Of a stretch of DNA of 42,630 nucleotides, positions 27,839 through 37,872 are shown piece after piece. Position 1 is the first letter of the stretch, and every line of letters starts with the position of its first letter. The stretch is taken from assembly GCA_045586995.1 (NCBI GenBank), contig JAZNBI010000001.1:1-42630 (forward strand). Reading direction: 5' to 3'. The DNA comes from Eubacteriales bacterium. Its GTDB lineage: Bacteria > Bacillota > Clostridia > Oscillospirales > CAG-272. The position numbers were made by a program, and so were the translations under genes. The notes under the pieces are model-generated. The model had not been told where the DNA came from. It did no database searches and saw only the letters and a list, made by a program, of their open reading frames with translations.

Positions 27839-27867
27839 TTGAAAATATAACCTAAGTATGTTATAAT
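27839..27867 (+). promoter_or_regulatory. Sigma-A promoter for mntP-CDF genes
   Basis: TTGAAA-17-TATAAT with TG extension. Confidence 0.6.
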
Positions 27868-27927
27868 GTGAGCATTAATTTTGTAATCGCCTGTTTTGAG
27901 GCAATCTTGTTAAAAAGTGGAGGAGCT

Positions 27928-28500
27928 ATGGGATTTTGGGAATTGTTTGCACTTGCTATAGGACTTAGTATGGACGCCTTTGCCGTATCTGTTTGTAAAG
28001 GACTTTCTATGAAAAAAGCGCGTATCGGCGGAATGGTAAGCTGCGGAGTTTGGTTTGGCGGATTTCAGGCATTGATGCCGCTTATCGGATTTTGGCTTGG
28101 CAATTTTTTTGCCGATACCATTGTTGCCTTCGACCATTGGATCGCCTTTATTTTGCTTGCTCTTATAGGCGTTAATATGCTAAAAGAAGCGTTTTCCGAA
28201 GAAGAGTGCTGCGACTGCGACAAAAATGCGGATTTTTCGTTTAAAACCATGTTCACAATGGCAGTTGCAACCTCAATTGACGCTCTCGCAGTCGGCATTT
28301 CGCTTTCAATGGCAGGCAATGTTAATATTTGGCTTGCAATTTCCCTTATAGGAATCACAACTCTCATACTCTCTGCTTTAGGTGTTAAAATCGGCAGCGT
28401 TTTCGGAAACAAATTTGAAAAGAAGGCGCAAATTGCAGGAGGCGTGATTTTGATCGTTCTGGGTGCTAAAATTTTATTGGAGCATTTGGAACTAATCTAA
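27928..28500 (+). CDS. mntP: Manganese efflux pump MntP
   Basis: LSMDAFAVS, FQALMP, DHWIAF, ATSIDALAVG; GGAGG RBS before the ATG at 27928. Confidence 0.92.
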   Translation: MGFWELFALAIGLSMDAFAVSVCKGLSMKKARIGGMVSCGVWFGGFQALMPLIGFWLGNFFADTIVAFDHWIAFILLALIGVNMLKEAFSEEECCDCDKNADFSFKTMFTMAVATSIDALAVGISLSMAGNVNIWLAISLIGITTLILSALGVKIGSVFGNKFEKKAQIAGGVILIVLGAKILLEHLELI

Positions 28501-28516
28501 TTTTCAAGGAGGTTTT

Positions 28517-29416
28517 ATGAAAACAGATCGAAAGATTTTGATTGCATTTTGCCTTAATTTGTTTTTCTCGATTTTTGAGTTTATAGGCGGTATAATTACG
28601 GGAAGCGTTGCTATTATGTCGGATTCAATTCACGACTTCGGCGATTCTTTAAGCATCGGTATTTCTCTTGCGCTTGAAAAATTAAGCAAAAAAAAGCCGA
28701 ATGACCGTTATACATTCGGATACTACAGATATTCGGTGCTCGGAGGCATCGTGCAGTCGGTCATTCTCGCCGTCGGCTCCGCACTTGTACTTATCAGTGC
28801 TGTTGAACGGCTTCTCTCCCCCGAAAAAATCAACTATGACGGTATGATTATTATTGCGGTTGTCGGCTTTGCGGTCAATTTTATTGCCGCATATTTTACT
28901 TCGGATAAGAATTCGATAAATGAAAAAGCGATAAACCTTCATATGCTTGAGGATGTTTTGGGCTGGGCGTTTGTGCTTTTGGGCGCGTTTATAATGAAGC
29001 TTACAAATTGGAGCTTTATAGATCCCTTGCTGTCAATATTACTTGCAGTGTTTATTATTGTAAATGCAATGAAAAATCTAAAGTCGGTGCTCGATATTTT
29101 TCTTGAAAAAACGCCTGATGGGATATCCCTTTCGGAAATAAAGTCAAATATTCTCTCAATCGACGGAATTTTTGATGTTCATCATCTTCATATATGGAGC
29201 ATGGATGGCTTTAAAAACGCTGCAACAATGCATATCATAACCGATTGCGACACTGCCGAGATCAAGCAAAAAATAAAATATAAGCTTGAAGAGTACGGGG
29301 TTGTCCACTCAACGATAGAATGTGAACGCACGGGAGAAAGCTGCAACGCTAAGGACTGTATATCTATATCCGAACCGAACGCACATCACCATCATAACCA
29401 CCACCATCATCATTGA
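28517..29416 (+). CDS. Cation diffusion facilitator (CzcD-like) with His-rich C-terminal tail
   Basis: SDSIHDFGD, YTFGY, HMLED, HHLHIWS, HHHHNHHHHH. Confidence 0.92.
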   Translation: MKTDRKILIAFCLNLFFSIFEFIGGIITGSVAIMSDSIHDFGDSLSIGISLALEKLSKKKPNDRYTFGYYRYSVLGGIVQSVILAVGSALVLISAVERLLSPEKINYDGMIIIAVVGFAVNFIAAYFTSDKNSINEKAINLHMLEDVLGWAFVLLGAFIMKLTNWSFIDPLLSILLAVFIIVNAMKNLKSVLDIFLEKTPDGISLSEIKSNILSIDGIFDVHHLHIWSMDGFKNAATMHIITDCDTAEIKQKIKYKLEEYGVVHSTIECERTGESCNAKDCISISEPNAHHHHNHHHHH

Positions 29417-29481
29417 TATAAAAATCATATTTTTCGCCATATTAAAATATAATGTGTTAATAAAAATTTTCGAGGTGTTCT

Positions 29482-29985
29482 ATGAGAAAATTGATTTTCA
29501 CATTTTGTATATTGGCGGCACTGCCCATGCTTTTTTCGTGCAATTCAAGCAAAACGTCACCACTTTTTGTACTGCAAAGTATGTGTGACAAGGAAGCAAA
29601 TTTGCCCGACGGCATTGTATATACCGCTTCCTCAAAAGAGGGAGAGGACTCGTTTTTATCCTCGGAAATGAAGAGCGTGCTTTATTCCGAATCCGATATG
29701 TCGACCGTATTCCCTCTCATAAAGGACTTTGCCATACGAATATCGACCTTTGAACATCCCTGCGAATTTGCGGTTTTTCTCTGCTATTCCCGAAGCAATG
29801 CAAATGACGTGGCAAAAATGTGCTTTAAACGTCTTGATATGCTGAATCAGTACTATAAGCAGACCGAATATGACGAATATACGAAAAACGCCTCGGTAAA
29901 TATTGTCGGAAAATATGTTATAATGACGGTGTCACCTGACAGCGAAAAAATACTTGTAGCTGCAAAAAAGGCACTCGGCTCTTAA
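29482..29985 (+). CDS. Putative lipoprotein (DUF4358-like)
   Basis: Lipobox LFSC; EFAVF, R...L, GKYVIMTVS pattern. Confidence 0.6.
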   Translation: MRKLIFTFCILAALPMLFSCNSSKTSPLFVLQSMCDKEANLPDGIVYTASSKEGEDSFLSSEMKSVLYSESDMSTVFPLIKDFAIRISTFEHPCEFAVFLCYSRSNANDVAKMCFKRLDMLNQYYKQTEYDEYTKNASVNIVGKYVIMTVSPDSEKILVAAKKALGS

Positions 29986-30022
29986 AAAACGATTCGTTCG
30001 ACTGCAAAAAAAAAGATAATTT

Positions 30023-30050
30023 AAATGCCACCCAATAGGTGGCATTTTTT
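30023..30050. terminator. Bidirectional terminator
   Basis: AAATGCCACC-CAATA-GGTGGCATTT between convergent genes. Confidence 0.75.
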
Positions 30051-30495
30051 ATATAATTCCGAACAGCCAATAAATAACGCCGTAAATTACACCCGCAAGC
30101 GTACCGTAAAGTATAACAGGTCCTGCAACCGTAAAAATCTTTGCGCCTATGCCCAAAACCAATCCCTCCGAACGGCTGTCGATAGCAGGAGAGGCAACCG
30201 AATTGGCAAAGCCCGTTATCGGAACAAGTGTGCCCGCTCCGGCAAATTTTGCAATATCGTCAAAAATACCGATGCCCGTCAGCAAAACAGCTATAAAAAT
30301 CAATGTGACCGAGCACAAAAGTCCCGCATCCTCTTTACTTGGAACGACATATTGAAAATACAACGTCTGCAAGCCCTGTCCTATGGCGCATATCAGCCCG
30401 CCTGTTAAAAATGCAAGTACGCAGTTCTTAAAAATCGGCGTAGGCGGTGCTACGTCATCCGCAAACCTCTTATATTTCTCATCAATATTTTTCAT
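30049..30495 (-). CDS. spoVAC: Stage V sporulation protein AC
   Basis: AFLTGGLICAIGQ, AGAGTLVPITGFANS, GAKIFTVAGPVI; AAGGAG RBS before the ATG at 30495. Confidence 0.9.
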   Translation of the reverse strand: MKNIDEKYKRFADDVAPPTPIFKNCVLAFLTGGLICAIGQGLQTLYFQYVVPSKEDAGLLCSVTLIFIAVLLTGIGIFDDIAKFAGAGTLVPITGFANSVASPAIDSRSEGLVLGIGAKIFTVAGPVILYGTLAGVIYGVIYWLFGII

Positions 30496-30629
30496 AATAA
30501 TCTCCTTTCCCCCTTTAAAATCAAAAGCACTTTTCATTTTGAAAACGCATAAATCATTTTATATGTAACTATTTACAAAATCAAAAATAAGTTGTATAAT
30601 GATAATATAAATTAGTGGAGGTATTTGAA

Positions 30630-31001
30630 ATGTCTAAATGGGATAATTTTTGTGCCAAGGTAAGCAAAGCCGCCAATAAAGCGGTAAAAGAAACGGGGCG
30701 TCTTGCCGACATTGCTTCTCTCAAGATCAAATTAAACTCTATTGAGGTTAAAAAGGCCGAAGAATTCGAAAAGCTCGGAAGATTAACATACGACCAGCTT
30801 CGCAAAGGAATAGAAAGAAACGATGAGGGCGCCGAGGCAATAAGCGCAATAGACCGTCTTATAAAACAATATGATGAAATTCAAAAGGAAATCGATGCTT
30901 TGAAATCAAAGGAAGATAAAAGCACCGATACAGGAGATAAAAAACAATCCGAAGGCGAAGAAAAAGCTGGAGAAGCAGCCGCTGAGGACGAGGAAAAATA
31001 A
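30630..31001 (+). CDS. Hypothetical coiled-coil protein
   Basis: GGAGG RBS; helical K/E-rich sequence (KLGRLTY) with acidic tail. Confidence 0.7.
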   Translation: MSKWDNFCAKVSKAANKAVKETGRLADIASLKIKLNSIEVKKAEEFEKLGRLTYDQLRKGIERNDEGAEAISAIDRLIKQYDEIQKEIDALKSKEDKSTDTGDKKQSEGEEKAGEAAAEDEEK

Positions 31002-31014
31002 GCTTGCTTTTGAT

Positions 31015-31066
31015 AAAGGGACAACCGATACTGCAAATTTACAATTTGCATATCGTATGTCCCTTT
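31015..31066. terminator. Long imperfect hairpin between convergent genes
   Basis: AAAGGGACA..CGATA.TGCAAAT / ATTTGCA.TATCG..TGTCCCTTT. Confidence 0.55.
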
Positions 31067-31075
31067 TCTTTTGCG

Positions 31076-31519
31076 TTAAAGGAACTTCTTCATCTCTTCG
31101 AGCTTATTCTCTTCAAATGAAATAACCTCTTTTGCAAGTGACAAAGAGCCCTCTGAGCACGGCTTGTTTTCAAACTCTCTGACCTTTTTAGTCATATCAA
31201 CTATTCCCATTGTCGATCCCTGAATAAGCATTTCCGCAATATGCGAGGAACTGGAATCGACAAGAGTATTCATAGTCATTCCCATTTTTGCGGACGCTTT
31301 GGTAAGAACATTCTCCTCTTTTGCCTCTTCTCCCGAAATATTAAGCATACTCTTTGCTCGGGTTGCAAACTTCTCATATCCTTCGAGATGTGTTTTCATC
31401 GTGTTTTTAAGGTCAATATCATTTACTTTGGGCATTAAGTATGATATTGAATCCGATCCCATTTTAACATTTTTGTATACAAATGTTAAAAGCTCGTTTG
31501 TGGTTTCCGTAGCATTCAT
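31076..31519 (-). CDS. Hypothetical ferritin-like helical protein, possibly sporulation-related
   Basis: YKNVKMG, SHIAEMLIQGSTMG, FEE...EEMKKFL; GGAGG RBS. Confidence 0.65.
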   Translation of the reverse strand: MNATETTNELLTFVYKNVKMGSDSISYLMPKVNDIDLKNTMKTHLEGYEKFATRAKSMLNISGEEAKEENVLTKASAKMGMTMNTLVDSSSSHIAEMLIQGSTMGIVDMTKKVREFENKPCSEGSLSLAKEVISFEENKLEEMKKFL

Positions 31520-31592
31520 ATTATTTGCAAATCCTCCAAAAAAATATTTGTATATATATTATGTGCGTTTTTTTCAAAAATATTATAGAAAT

Positions 31593-31633
31593 AAAATCCC
31601 CATCGCACTTTTTTCAAATTGCGATAGGGATCT
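31593..31633 (-). terminator. Terminator downstream of rnpB
   Basis: ATCCCTATCGCA...TGCGATGGGGAT followed by TTTATTT on the minus strand. Confidence 0.6.
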
Positions 31634-31655
31634 CGATAATATCAAATATTTAATT

Positions 31656-32010
31656 GTAACCACATCTGTAAGCCGGGTTCTGTCGAGAACGGTCATCTAT
31701 CTGCGCCCAATGTCGCCATTGAGCTTTGGGAATAAATCCCACGCCACCCAAGGATATATGTCGGGCAAACGATCCTTATACGGTGTTGCTTCGGATAGGG
31801 TTTACAGCGACACACAGTTACCTGTATGCGGGTGAGCTCTTACCTCGCCTTTCCATCCTTACCTGCAAAAGCAGGCGGTTTATTTCTGTTGCACTTTCCC
31901 GGGAGTCGCCTCCGGCTGACGTTATCAGTTATCCTGCCCTGTGAAGCCCGGACTTTCCTCACGATAATACCTTTCGGCAACATATCGCGCGACCGTCCGA
32001 TGTGGTTACT
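31656..32010 (-). ncRNA. rnpB: RNase P RNA (type A)
   Basis: Minus strand has GAGGAAAGTCCGGGC, GGAAAGTGCAACAG and ACAGAACCCGGCTTA; terminal GTAACCACATC/GATGTGGTTAC P1 helix; TTGACA-17-TATAAT promoter at 32044-32016. Confidence 0.97.
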
Positions 32011-32040
32011 GATAAATTATACTCTTTTACATTAAATTTG

Positions 32041-32700
32041 TCAAGCATCATTGCGCACTGCAACATAAGGGATACGCACGCACAAAAATGACAGCACGGC
32101 AGTAACAATGATTTCGGGAATCATATAGCATCCATTGTATATAATCGAATATATCAAAGAAAGCATATCGCCCGAAAAATGCGAAAGTATAAATGGGCCG
32201 ATTGCGGCCATTTCATCAACGCCAAAAAACCACTCAGCATATGCACCGTAAAAAATAAATCCGGAAATAATATGAACGATATAGCGCGCCGACAGCGCTA
32301 CGATACTTCCCAGACATATTGCAAGCCCCTTACTCTTGATACGATTGCGGAAAACTCCTCCAAGACCTATTAGTGTATAAGCGACAATATAGTCGAGCAA
32401 GCAAATAATAATCGCATGCGAAAACAACATATAAGAATCGCTTCCCGGAATAAAAAGCGCGGATACGGTTGAATATCCCAAAAGCATTTGTATAACCGCA
32501 TAGCAAAAGCCGGTAAAAAGTCCCCATTTTGTACCGTAGATATAAGCAATTATAACTATCGGCAACATACTTCCTATTGTAAATCCTCCGCCAAACGGAA
32601 AATTCAGGAATGGTATCAAACCGCATATAAAAGCTATTACGGTCGATAGCGCGAGCATCATGGCTGTTAGTGTGATTCGTTTTGTCTTTTCGTTTTTCAT
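32041..32700 (-). CDS. thiT: ECF thiamine transporter S component ThiT
   Basis: PFGGGFT, LLDY, SIIYNG.Y motifs; preceded by a TPP riboswitch. Confidence 0.9.
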   Translation of the reverse strand: MKNEKTKRITLTAMMLALSTVIAFICGLIPFLNFPFGGGFTIGSMLPIVIIAYIYGTKWGLFTGFCYAVIQMLLGYSTVSALFIPGSDSYMLFSHAIIICLLDYIVAYTLIGLGGVFRNRIKSKGLAICLGSIVALSARYIVHIISGFIFYGAYAEWFFGVDEMAAIGPFILSHFSGDMLSLIYSIIYNGCYMIPEIIVTAVLSFLCVRIPYVAVRNDA

Positions 32701-32735
32701 AAAAAACCTACCCTTTCTTCGAATTTATTCGAAAT

Positions 32736-32773
32736 AAAAAATTTACCGCACGAAATCTCCGTACGGTAAATTT
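32736..32773 (-). terminator. Riboswitch expression-platform terminator
   Basis: AAATTTACCGTACG...CGTGCGGTAAATTTTT on the minus strand. Confidence 0.7.
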
Positions 32774-32782
32774 GGGTATATC

Positions 32783-32870
32783 AAATCTCCCTACGACGGC
32801 ATTATCCGTATCAGGTTAAGGGTTTGGAAATCTCCATCTCAGCCGACCTAATTATCAGCACCCCTGATTT
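32783..32870 (-). ncRNA. TPP riboswitch
   Basis: AGGGGTGC...GCTGAGA...ACCCTTAACCTGAT...GATAATGCC..CGTAGGGA consensus; TTGACA-17-TATAAT promoter at 32919-32891. Confidence 0.95.
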
Positions 32871-32921
32871 TATGCGGTTTTTACTCTCACATTATACACT
32901 ACATTAAAACAATTGTCAAGA

Positions 32922-34238
32922 CTAATAATTATAATTCACCGAAACTTTTTTCAAATCCACCGTTGAAGCAAGCTCGTCATCCACGACAATGTCCGATTTA
33001 TACGGTTCAATGCGCTTCATAAGTAATTGATCGGACAGCGTTGAATTAAAATTAGCGAAGAAATCCTCGTTGACACTGTTTTTATACGCGCCGTCATCCA
33101 ATTCGTATTTCATGACGATATGAATTCCGCAAGGGTACACTTTGCCGTTGTTTTCAAAAGTAGTTTCGAATTTTCTGTACTCTCCGACACTCATTTCTTG
33201 GGTAACGGCTCTGACTATTTCCTCAGAGTCATAATCAAATTGCGCGTCGGCGGTAATATAATATCCGTTTGTATATTTATCTCCGCCAAGGTCCTCGTTA
33301 TAGCTTGACATAAGCTTTTCAAAATCCTCTCCATTGTCAAGCCGCGACATAATAGTTTCCGACATTTGACGAACCGCTTCGACTTCCGCATCGGTGTATG
33401 CTTCGATTTTGGGATATCCGTTCTCGTCATACACGTATGCGCGCTCACCCGCTATCTTGTCATAAGCAATTTTCCCATCCTCGGTATAATATATCGCATT
33501 ACCCTTGGAGTCCTTTATAGCTTGACCGTTTTCATCATATTTCAAAGCACCTTTTTCTTTATTATATGAAATCGTTCCGTCGGAGTTAAAATAAATATAA
33601 TCGCCGTTTTCGTCGGTTTCATAAATCGCCTTATAGGTATAAAGGAAAATATGCTTGAATCTGTAATAATTTTCCTTATAATACTCCTCTTTGACGTTAT
33701 CTGCAATTTTTGCGCCGTCTTTACCGTAAAGCGACTCCTGAAGATAAGAATACTTAGCTTCAAGAATGTATGCCTCGCGCAAAATATTATAATTTACACC
33801 GTATTCGCCAACTATGCTGTTAAATTTCGTCTTTGAGCCCTGTCCTATCGACTCTACCATATCGGCAAGCTCCGAGTCCACGTCATTAATATATGATTCC
33901 GGCAGTTCAAGCTTAAGCTCATCGAATAAATATAGTATGCAAAGATATGATTTTGCATTGTCGAGTACACTTTCGGTAAAATAGTCACAGTATGTCGATT
34001 GATCTTCAAGGTCTATTATGGTATCCCAAAAATCATCGTCACTGACGTCAAATCCATAATAAGCCATCGTGCCCTTGAAGCGCGAAAGCAACAACTCATA
34101 AAAATTCACCGATATGGTTTTATCCCCAAGAGTCATCAGCGTTTTTCCGTTCGACGAGCAGCCGCAGAGTGCCGATACCGCAATAAGCACCGCAAGTGCA
34201 AGCGCCACTATCTTTTTCGTTGTTTTTTTCATAAGCAT
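32922..34238 (-). CDS. PrsA/SurA-like parvulin peptidyl-prolyl isomerase lipoprotein
   Basis: Lipobox LCGC; KHIF, GEDFEKLM...ED, GIHIV parvulin motifs; conserved position after mfd. Confidence 0.75.
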   Translation of the reverse strand: MLMKKTTKKIVALALAVLIAVSALCGCSSNGKTLMTLGDKTISVNFYELLLSRFKGTMAYYGFDVSDDDFWDTIIDLEDQSTYCDYFTESVLDNAKSYLCILYLFDELKLELPESYINDVDSELADMVESIGQGSKTKFNSIVGEYGVNYNILREAYILEAKYSYLQESLYGKDGAKIADNVKEEYYKENYYRFKHIFLYTYKAIYETDENGDYIYFNSDGTISYNKEKGALKYDENGQAIKDSKGNAIYYTEDGKIAYDKIAGERAYVYDENGYPKIEAYTDAEVEAVRQMSETIMSRLDNGEDFEKLMSSYNEDLGGDKYTNGYYITADAQFDYDSEEIVRAVTQEMSVGEYRKFETTFENNGKVYPCGIHIVMKYELDDGAYKNSVNEDFFANFNSTLSDQLLMKRIEPYKSDIVVDDELASTVDLKKVSVNYNY

Positions 34239-34261
34239 TGATTCCTTTTTATATTGTAAGT

Positions 34262-37200
34262 TTAAGTTTTAGCATTTGTCTTCATAATTTCAAGATATTT
34301 TTCAAATATTTTGTAAATCGAAAGCAAGCTGTCTTCCTTATTTTTAATTTTAACATTTATAAATATCTTGCTGCCCGAAACCACCCTGATACTGTCTTCA
34401 CAAGTATCGGAAAGCTCCGACCAAATATCAAGGTCAAATTTTTCGGGATAAATTTTTATATTGTTTCCCTCTTGCTCTACCGAAAGTATTCCGCATTTCA
34501 ACGCCGAAGCGCGAATAAGCGCAATTTTCAGCAAATTCGTCGCAGGACGTGGCAGATCGCCGTATCGGTCAAGCATTTCATCCTCAATATCATTAAGATC
34601 ATCCTCGGTTTCAATCATAGCGATTCGCTTATAAAGCGCCATTCTTTGCGCAGATACCGAAACGTAGCTGTCGGGAATAAAGGCATTGAAATTAAGAATT
34701 ATTTTACATTCCTTGCGTGGAGCTTCAGCGATGCCCTTTTCCTCCAAAATTGCCTCGTTAAGCAATTTTATATAAAGGTCATAACCAATTGCATCAAGGT
34801 GCCCGTGTTGTTCGGCACCCAAAATATTTCCCGCGCCGCGAAGCTCGAGATCGCGCAAAGCAATACGGAAGCCCGCGCCGAATTCGGCATATTCTTTAAT
34901 GGCTTCAAGGCGTTTTGTCGCAATTTCGGAAAGAGCCAAATCTTTGGGATAGGTAAAATATGCGTATGCTCTTCGTGACGAGCGTCCTACGCGCCCTCTT
35001 ATTTGATGAAGCTGAGAAAGTCCAAGACGATGCGCGTTATCCACAATCAGGGTATTGGCATTCGGAATATCGACTCCCGTTTCGATTATAGTGGTACAAA
35101 CAAGTATATCGGCTTCTCCATTTAACATAGAGTTCCAAATATCCTCGAGCTCCTCCTTCTCCATTTTTCCGTGAGCAACAACGATACGCGCCTCAGGAAT
35201 TTCATTTTTTATTTTGGATGCGAGCGAATATATGGTTTCTATTATATTGTGCATATAGAATACCTGTCCACCTCTGCGAAGCTCTTTTCTGATAGCTTCG
35301 ATTAAAATAAGTTCATCGGATTCCAAAACGTATGTCTGAACAGGCAAACGGTCGGAAGGTGCCTCGTCAAGCACCGAAATATCTCTTATACCGCTCATAG
35401 CCATATTAAGTGTACGCGGAATCGGCGTGGCGGTCAAGGTAAGCACATCAATATTTTCACCGATTTGTTTTAAGCGTTCCTTTTGGGCAACGCCAAAGCG
35501 CTGTTCCTCGTCGATAATAAGCAATCCGAGATCGGAAAATTCCACATCCTTCGAAAGCAAACGATGCGTACCGATTATTATATCGGTTTCTCCGCGCTTC
35601 AGCTTTCTCAGTGATTGCGCAATCTGTTTTGCGCTTTTAAATCGCGAAATCATATCAACATTAACGGCAAAGCTTCTCATACGGCTCAATACCGTTTGAT
35701 AATGCTGCATAGCCAATATGGTTGTAGGCACAAGAACAGCAACCTGCTTTCCGCCGAGTACCGCCTTATACGCCGCGCGCAAAGCAACCTCGGTTTTCCC
35801 GAATCCAACGTCACCGCAAAGAAGCCGATCCATTGGCACGCTTTTTATCATATCGCTCTTGATCTCCTCTGCCGCGTTTTGCTGCGCTTCGGTGTCGTCA
35901 TATTCAAACGCAATCTCAAAATCGCGTTGAAAATCATCGTCGGGCGGAAATGCGTGTCCCTTTCGGCGCATCCGTTCGGCGTATAGCTTTATAAGCTCCT
36001 TCGCCATATCCTTAGTTGCCGATTTTGCTCTGGCTTTTGCTTTTCCCCATTCAGCGCCACCGAACTTGGAAAGCTTTATTTGACCGTCGTCCGAATGTGC
36101 GCCGATATATTTTGAAACCATATCAAGCTTTTCCACAGGTAAAAACAATCGGTCGCTGCCCGCATATCTTATATTTATATAATCTCGGCAAACACCGTCA
36201 ACCGTAAGATTTTCAATGCCCATATACTGTCCGATACCATAGCTTTCATGAACTACCAAATCTCCGACTTCAAGCTCATTATAGGACATAATGGTACGGG
36301 TAGCGCCGTTTTTGCGCGAGTGCCGCTTTATTCGCTTTGCCACAGCATCTCCATAACGGCTTTCGGGATTAGCCGACAAAACCACGATTCTGGGCACGGA
36401 AAGCTCAAACCCTCTGAGCGACTCCTTCCACTTGATTGCAACCGCGCCCGACGGTATATCCAACACAGAAAAATCACTGTCGGCTCGAAGCGGCAAAACA
36501 TTCATTCCGAATTCTTTCAAACGCTCCGAAAGATTTTTAGCGGCGGTTTCATTTTCTGTAATAACCACCACTCTGTATCCCGCCGTGCAATAGGATGACA
36601 TATCCTCCTTAAGCAAGGAAAGATTGTCGGCATAGGAAACAAGATGCTTTGTTCTGAACGAAAACATTCCCGACAGTCTTTTACCCGAAAGTCCTTGCAC
36701 TATCGAGTCAATAAACACGGTAACGTTTTTAGAGCAAAACAGTTCAAATTCAGAAATACGCTTGGAGTAGTCCGCATATTTCGACAAAATCGTGCCGTTT
36801 TCAAGAAGCTCCTTAACCGTTTCGTCGTTATGCCATTGAAACGCCTTAAGACGCTCGTTGACCGAATTCAGCGAATGTATGATTATAACGGTTTTATAAT
36901 CCTCGAAATAGTCGATCATACTCACCTTTTCGGGATAGATCAACGAAATATATTTATCAATAAAGTTTATGTCGCCGCGCGACGACGTGCAGAGCGAGGA
37001 CAATTCAGCTTGAAGCTCCTCTACTGCCCTATCATTTTTTGCATTTTTTATGCGTAATGAAATAATCTCGGAGAGCTTTTCGGCAGAAGCTTCGTCAAGC
37101 AGTAATTCGCGCGCGGGGAGCAGAGTGAATGACGTTATATTTGAAATAATACGCTGATTTTCCACATCAAAAATGCCCATTCGGTCTATTTCGTCACCAA

Positions 37201-37846
37201 AAAGCTCTATTCTGATAGGATATGAGCCGTATTTCTCCTCACCTTCCCCCATCTCTTTGTATTTTGATGAGGGCGGAAAAACATCAATAATTCCGCCGCG
37301 TACCGCAAACTGACCTGCTCCGTCAACCATATCAACGCGAAGATATCCCGCATCAATAAGATCGTTTGAAAAAGAGGAAATATCAAGCTTGGAATCCGAA
37401 TCAATATATTTTATATTCTCGATCAATCGCTTAGGCGGGATAGTATATCCGAGCAATGCGTCGGGAGTTGTTATTACAGCATCGTAATCACCGCTTAAGA
37501 CCCCCGCCAACACCTTGATTCTCTCGTGCTCATACTCATGGGATGCGGTAATATTATAAAATGTCAGATCGCGCGACATAAAAAATGCGGCTCGTAAACC
37601 GAATTCACTCAGCACCGACTTTATACGAACACACTCTTTTTCCTCGGGGCAAACAATAATCGCCATTTTACCAATCGATTTTTTTAAATCCTCAACAAAT
37701 GCAATAGCAAGAGCATCAGATGCACCGTCGCAAAGCCCGCTTACCGAAATCGGAAGTGACTTCTGCTTATGATATTCCTTTAAAACCGACTCGGTAAATT
37801 GATTGTATTCCTTGTCCGCACGTATGCAATCTGCAAGAAAATTCAT
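34262..37846 (-). CDS. mfd: Transcription-repair coupling factor
   Basis: FAVRGGIID, GDLVVH..GIG, MDRLLCGDVGFGKT, DEEQRFG, TATPIPRT, QIRGRVGR, RGAGNILG. Confidence 0.98.
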   Translation of the reverse strand: MNFLADCIRADKEYNQFTESVLKEYHKQKSLPISVSGLCDGASDALAIAFVEDLKKSIGKMAIIVCPEEKECVRIKSVLSEFGLRAAFFMSRDLTFYNITASHEYEHERIKVLAGVLSGDYDAVITTPDALLGYTIPPKRLIENIKYIDSDSKLDISSFSNDLIDAGYLRVDMVDGAGQFAVRGGIIDVFPPSSKYKEMGEGEEKYGSYPIRIELFGDEIDRMGIFDVENQRIISNITSFTLLPARELLLDEASAEKLSEIISLRIKNAKNDRAVEELQAELSSLCTSSRGDINFIDKYISLIYPEKVSMIDYFEDYKTVIIIHSLNSVNERLKAFQWHNDETVKELLENGTILSKYADYSKRISEFELFCSKNVTVFIDSIVQGLSGKRLSGMFSFRTKHLVSYADNLSLLKEDMSSYCTAGYRVVVITENETAAKNLSERLKEFGMNVLPLRADSDFSVLDIPSGAVAIKWKESLRGFELSVPRIVVLSANPESRYGDAVAKRIKRHSRKNGATRTIMSYNELEVGDLVVHESYGIGQYMGIENLTVDGVCRDYINIRYAGSDRLFLPVEKLDMVSKYIGAHSDDGQIKLSKFGGAEWGKAKARAKSATKDMAKELIKLYAERMRRKGHAFPPDDDFQRDFEIAFEYDDTEAQQNAAEEIKSDMIKSVPMDRLLCGDVGFGKTEVALRAAYKAVLGGKQVAVLVPTTILAMQHYQTVLSRMRSFAVNVDMISRFKSAKQIAQSLRKLKRGETDIIIGTHRLLSKDVEFSDLGLLIIDEEQRFGVAQKERLKQIGENIDVLTLTATPIPRTLNMAMSGIRDISVLDEAPSDRLPVQTYVLESDELILIEAIRKELRRGGQVFYMHNIIETIYSLASKIKNEIPEARIVVAHGKMEKEELEDIWNSMLNGEADILVCTTIIETGVDIPNANTLIVDNAHRLGLSQLHQIRGRVGRSSRRAYAYFTYPKDLALSEIATKRLEAIKEYAEFGAGFRIALRDLELRGAGNILGAEQHGHLDAIGYDLYIKLLNEAILEEKGIAEAPRKECKIILNFNAFIPDSYVSVSAQRMALYKRIAMIETEDDLNDIEDEMLDRYGDLPRPATNLLKIALIRASALKCGILSVEQEGNNIKIYPEKFDLDIWSELSDTCEDSIRVVSGSKIFINVKIKNKEDSLLSIYKIFEKYLEIMKTNAKT

Positions 37847-37872
37847 CCAAATTAGCTCCTTACAGCGAAAAT

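Noticed and set aside
31299-32035. ORFs 31299-31835, 31726-31944 and 31826-32035
   Set aside because: They overlap the RNase P RNA gene on the opposite strand; spurious
33420-33620. Repeated Y.YDENG-like motifs in the PrsA-like protein
   Set aside because: Short degenerate beta-hairpin insert; no clean DNA repeat or evidence of variability
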